The notes beneath the pieces are model-generated. The model did no database searches. It worked only from the letters and a program-made list of their open reading frames with translations, and was not told the DNA's origin. Below are positions 60,001 to 64,000 of a stretch of DNA of 64,000 bases, one piece after another. Location of the stretch: contig CALSCP010000141.1 in assembly GCA_943704425.1 (NCBI GenBank), positions 1-64,000 of the forward strand, written 5' to 3'. This DNA is from Ministeria vibrans ATCC 50519 (Eukaryota > Protista > Filasterea). Made by a program: the position numbers and the translations under genes. Every line of letters starts with the position of its first letter. The stretch's first letter is position 1.

Positions 60001-61292
60001 CAGCCGCTCTTGGACATGTGGACGCAGCGGCAGCTCTTGCCCGTGCCGGGGCCAAACTGGCTGGCGGCAACGGCACACGCGGCTCACCCATGCACGTTGC
60101 GGCCGAAAGGGGCGATGTTGCCATGCTTGAGGCACTGATTCGTGCGGGCGCGAGTGTGAACGATGCGGACGTCAACGGTCGCTCGCCCGTCTACGTGGCG
60201 GCGTCGTACGGCCAAACGGACGCGCTCAAGGTGTTGCTTGAGCACGACGCGACACCCGATGCGCTCGTCGAAGGTGGTCACGCGCCACTGTACGCGGCGG
60301 CCAGTGACGGCCGCACAGGCGTCATGAAGCTGCTGCTTGAGGGCGGTGCCGATCCCAATGCCCACTATGAGGTTGACGGCTGGAACGTGCTGCACAAGTG
60401 CGCGAGTGCGGGCCTTGCCGACTGTGTACGTCTACTGGCCGCGTCGGCGCACGTCAACGCAACGACCAATGACGGTTCGCACATGACTGCGTTGCACATG
60501 GCGGTGCGCGGCCAACACGAGGCGGTAGTCGACTCGCTGCTTGGATGTGGCGCCGAGCCCGATGTGCGTGACAACAACGATCGCACGCCCTTGCACCATG
60601 CGATTCTCATGGGTCATACGGGACTGGTGCGCACCCTGCTGGACAACGATGCGTCGGTGCTGTTGAGGACCAAAGACGGCACAACCACCATGGACATGGC
60701 CGACGACTGTGGTGTGGACGAAATTGTCGAACTCATCGAGACGGCGACGCAGGAGCAGCGCGAATTGCAAAACGAGCTGGACAGCGGTATCAGTGAGGAA
60801 GAGGCGGGTCAGCCGACAAGCGAGTCTGCCATGGACGCGGACGCCCCGTTGGCCACGTCGATTTCATCGGGAACAACAACATCAACAGCAGTGCCCATGC
60901 TCCGGGGCTCGCATCGGCGACGACGACAGTCGATTACGCACACGGGTGCAGGCGTTGGCGCAGCGGCGGGTGGGTCTCGCCGAGAGCGACGAGGATCTGT
61001 CTTCCGTGCTCCAACGACAGTCACACTGCGATTGCACGGACAGACTATAGGCGGAGTGCGTGTGCGCGTGGAGGACACTGTTAACGAGATGCTCACCAAT
61101 GCTTCTATTGCCCTCAAGACACCCGGCGTAAGCGAGAAACACAAACAAACAAAAATTCTATATTTTCGTCTTTTAATTTTCTCTTCTTTCATTTCGCATC
61201 AGGTGACCTACTCAATGCTGGTCGATGAAAGTGGTGTGGCCGTGGACGACACGTCTCTATTGGAACGAGGAGAAATTATCTATGCAACTTAG
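54079..61292 (+). CDS. Myosin VI-like motor with long coiled coil, ankyrin repeats and C-terminal KHA-like domain; 5 exons
   Basis: LMYLHDPSLLHNVRVRY, GESGAGKTE, NNNSSRFGKF, ILDIAGFE, QLRCSGM..LMQAGFPTR..FCEALL..GLTKVFFRPGK (myosin VI-type); multiple TPLH/TALH-type ankyrin repeats. Confidence 0.88.
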
Positions 61293-61370
61293 CTCAGACA
61301 AGTGACACAAATAAAACATTATTATTATTATTATTATTATTGTTATTATTATTACACTATTAGAAAATAA

Positions 61371-61407
61371 ATAGAGAATTGAGAGCTGTACTCAATGTCA
61401 ACTCAAA
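61371..61407 (-). promoter_or_regulatory. Copy 2 of the 37-nt 3'-region element
   Basis: ATTGAG-AGCTGTA-CTCAAT perfect 6-bp stem; 32/37 identical to 6878-6914. Confidence 0.55.
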
Positions 61408-61436
<29 letters not shown>

Positions 61437-61440
<4 letters not shown>

Positions 61441-63616
61441 GTTAAGAGCGACTGGATGACGGACATCATTTGTTGAAGGGCGAGACGTGCCTCGGGGTCA
61501 ACGGACTGGTTCTGGTGCTGCTGGAGCGTGACGATGCTGTTGCGTACAGCGGCCACAAGTGATACGGACGGGGCGGTCGCAGCGCTTGTCGCCGTGGTAT
61601 TGGAAGTTGTGGTACTGAGGCGAGTTCGCTTCTCATCCCTCGAGACGCCCCCATCATCGGGCGTCACTGAAGAATTGGGTCGCTTGAGCGACGGCTGACA
61701 AGCCACTGTTGTGTTCCAAACACGCGCGCGCTCTGCACGATGCTCGGGCGAATCCACAAGGGGCGCGAGAGCACCACCAGTGGGATCGTATGGCTCATTT
61801 TGCACATAGGCCACAAAGACGGGTCGATTGGCTTCGCTTATGAGCGCCGGTGGCAAATCAGTGTACACGGTGTGCTTCATGAAGGTAAACAGACTGGAGA
61901 AGCCAGCGTCGCGCACGAGCCAGGACACGTCGTCGCCTACAAGGCGCGCAAAGAGTGCCTTCCATGCGCCAACAGCACGTTGCTCGGCCGTGCGTGGGCT
62001 CACGCTGGCACGACCACACTGGCCGAGAAACCGCGCAGTGGAAATCCACAGGGGCGCAAAAGTTGAGTCGCGCACAGAGACGTCGGCGAGTGCGGCAAGG
62101 ATGCTGGCGGTGTCGTCGCCCGAGAGACGACACACCATTGTTGGCGTGGCAACAAGGTCCACGCTTACGATAAGAGCGTCAACAAGGGCCGCCTTGGATG
62201 ACGACGAAGCGGATGGACGAGCTAGCATGGCGACACCACGCACCACCAGGTCACAGACCCACTGGGTGAGATGCGCATGAACGTCGTCGGACACATTATC
62301 GGTGACCAAGTTGTCAACTTGGTAGACACGCACAAGGCAAGTGAGAGTGGCACTAATGGTACGGAGGGTTTTTGTCTGGGTGTCATCAAATGAGCCGGTC
62401 GCCGACAGCACACGCCATTGATTTGCCATTTTGTAAGAGAGCGCTACAACGGCCGGAATGAAGGAGCGAGCAAAGGCTGGCGAGAGGGAGACAAGACGGA
62501 CGTGTGTCCAGGCGGCAAGACGACGGGCACCTGAGTGCTTCAGGGCAAAGGATGCCTGGGTGGAGTCATCAAGGGAGCGTAGCAGGCGCGAGAGAAGGGT
62601 CGCCACGAGGAGTTTGTCGTGTGCAACGTGATCGTAGCCCATGGCAAGCAAAAGTCGCACAGCGTGCTCGGCATGTGCCTGCGCTAAATCCGACGACTGT
62701 CTCGAGAGGAGAGAGAGTGCCTCGAGCGCAATAAGTTGCGCGTGTACATGGCCATTAGAGAGAAGCTGCGCAAAGAGACGTCGTTCAACGTGTGCAAAGA
62801 GGTGGGCGGGAATAGAGAGTGCAAGGACACAAAGGGCATGCTCGAGTTCGTCAAAGAGCAGCGGTGAGTCGACGAGCACTGGAACGTCAGCGGCACGTGA
62901 CGCACGTGTCGGCGCAGTGTTGTGCAGGACGTCGAAAAGAGCATCGAATAGCGCCAAGGAGGGTGGCAGGGTGGAAGAAGCAATTGAGACGCCGGGGTCG
63001 GAAAAAAGAGGAATTTTTGTCGACGATTGGGCAAGGTCAATGAGAAAGAGTAAACGAGCCGTGGTGGGAGGTGAAGTGCGGATGAGATGCAAAAAAATAG
63101 GAGCGTGGGCACAAAGGCGCGCAGCTGCCGAAGGCAGGTACTGAAAGGCATCGTTGCGGGCTCCTTGGCTCACGTCACCTTGTGCCTTCCATTCGTAGAT
63201 GCGCAGAAAGAGAGGCAGAAGATGCTGGGTAGCCTCGCCGGCCGTTTGGACAGCCGCATCGGCGGCAGGACACACACTGACCAAGTGCGACACTTTTGTG
63301 AGAAAAAAAGATAAAAAACGGCACGCCTTGAAGGCAGTCTTGTCCTCGGGGGCGGCCGATGCAGCGCGGTCACATGCGGCAAGACAGGTCTCAAAGGCAC
63401 TTGTAAGTCGATCGGTGCCCACGGCGAGAACCGCGCCCAATTGACAGGCGTCGGCCAGACCGTGTTCTCCCGACGGGTCGGCTGACACGAGCTGTCCAAT
63501 AAACTTGACAATGTGTTTCCACACAAGATTGACGAGTGACGAGCCGGAAGTTTCCTCGGCCTCTGCCAAACGAACGAGTAAAGTGATGGCTACAATTGAA
63601 CGTGTTTGATTGCTGT

Positions 63617-63652
<36 letters not shown>

Positions 63653-64000
63653 TTTTTTTGGTACAGACTTACCGTGGCGCACTGCCGCAATTGTGTCACA
63701 GTCAAAGACGGTGCCCACTTCGAGACGTACAAGCATTTCAAGGACACACTTGATCACATCAACAGTCATCTGCATTTGTGTAAAAAAAAAAGGTCCATTG
63801 TGGCAGACGCAAACTCATTACTGTTTTCAACCTTGAGGATTTCATTGACCTGATGGCCCGTGCGCGAAATGACACTGTTGTCCGATGCAAATTTGGAAAA
63901 TGACTATGAAAAAAAAGAAGTAGGAAGATTTGAAGCCAAATTAATAATTAATACGTCTCTAGGAGGACAAAGTGGTACCTTTGTAAATTTGAGAGAACCA
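61437..64000 (-). CDS. FIRRM: FIRRM/FLIP (C1orf112, DUF4487)-like helical-repeat protein; 5' end outside the window
   Basis: LVNLVWKHIVK, KACRFL, VERRLFAQLL, SWLVRDAGFSSLFTFMKHT, resembling recalled C1orf112 motifs; upstream small exons splice in frame. Confidence 0.6.

Noticed and set aside
1-64000. Alternative genetic code, selenocysteine or non-canonical introns
   Set aside because: TAA, TAG and TGA all end genes; the exon joins I checked work with GT-AG and need no in-frame stop readthrough
1-64000. Transposons, tRNA or rRNA genes
   Set aside because: No transposase or RT motifs, terminal repeats or recognisable structural RNA sequence seen

Overview
Gene-dense eukaryotic nuclear DNA. 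Exons are GC-rich, GT-AG introns are short (about 50-500 nt) and full of microsatellites, intergenic spacers are mostly 70-360 bp, and the genetic code is standard. There are two N-gaps. The gene set (PRR11-like, PDZ-GEF-like RapGEF, myosin VI-like, REEP1-4, MEIOB, FIRRM/C1orf112) fits a unicellular opisthokont or holozoan-related protist, but the species cannot be named from the sequence. About 22 spliced genes were reconstructed by hand. Top observations: (1) a spliced LYR-motif microprotein whose stop overlaps the start of a CCCH/Smr endonuclease (TAATG), with a leaky-scanning signature, i.e. a probable bicistronic mRNA; (2) a ~3100-aa Cys-repeat/REJ/GAIN single-pass receptor tipped with a ~54% Arg segment behind an acidic pro-piece; (3) a myosin VI-like motor with a coiled-coil + ankyrin + KHA-like tail; (4) a 37-nt stem-loop element shared downstream of the PRR11-like and FIRRM-like genes; (5) a strand-polarised intronic minisatellite family. 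Two apparent gene fusions straddle long homopolymer runs and may be assembly collapses. All homology calls come from recalled motifs, not database searches.
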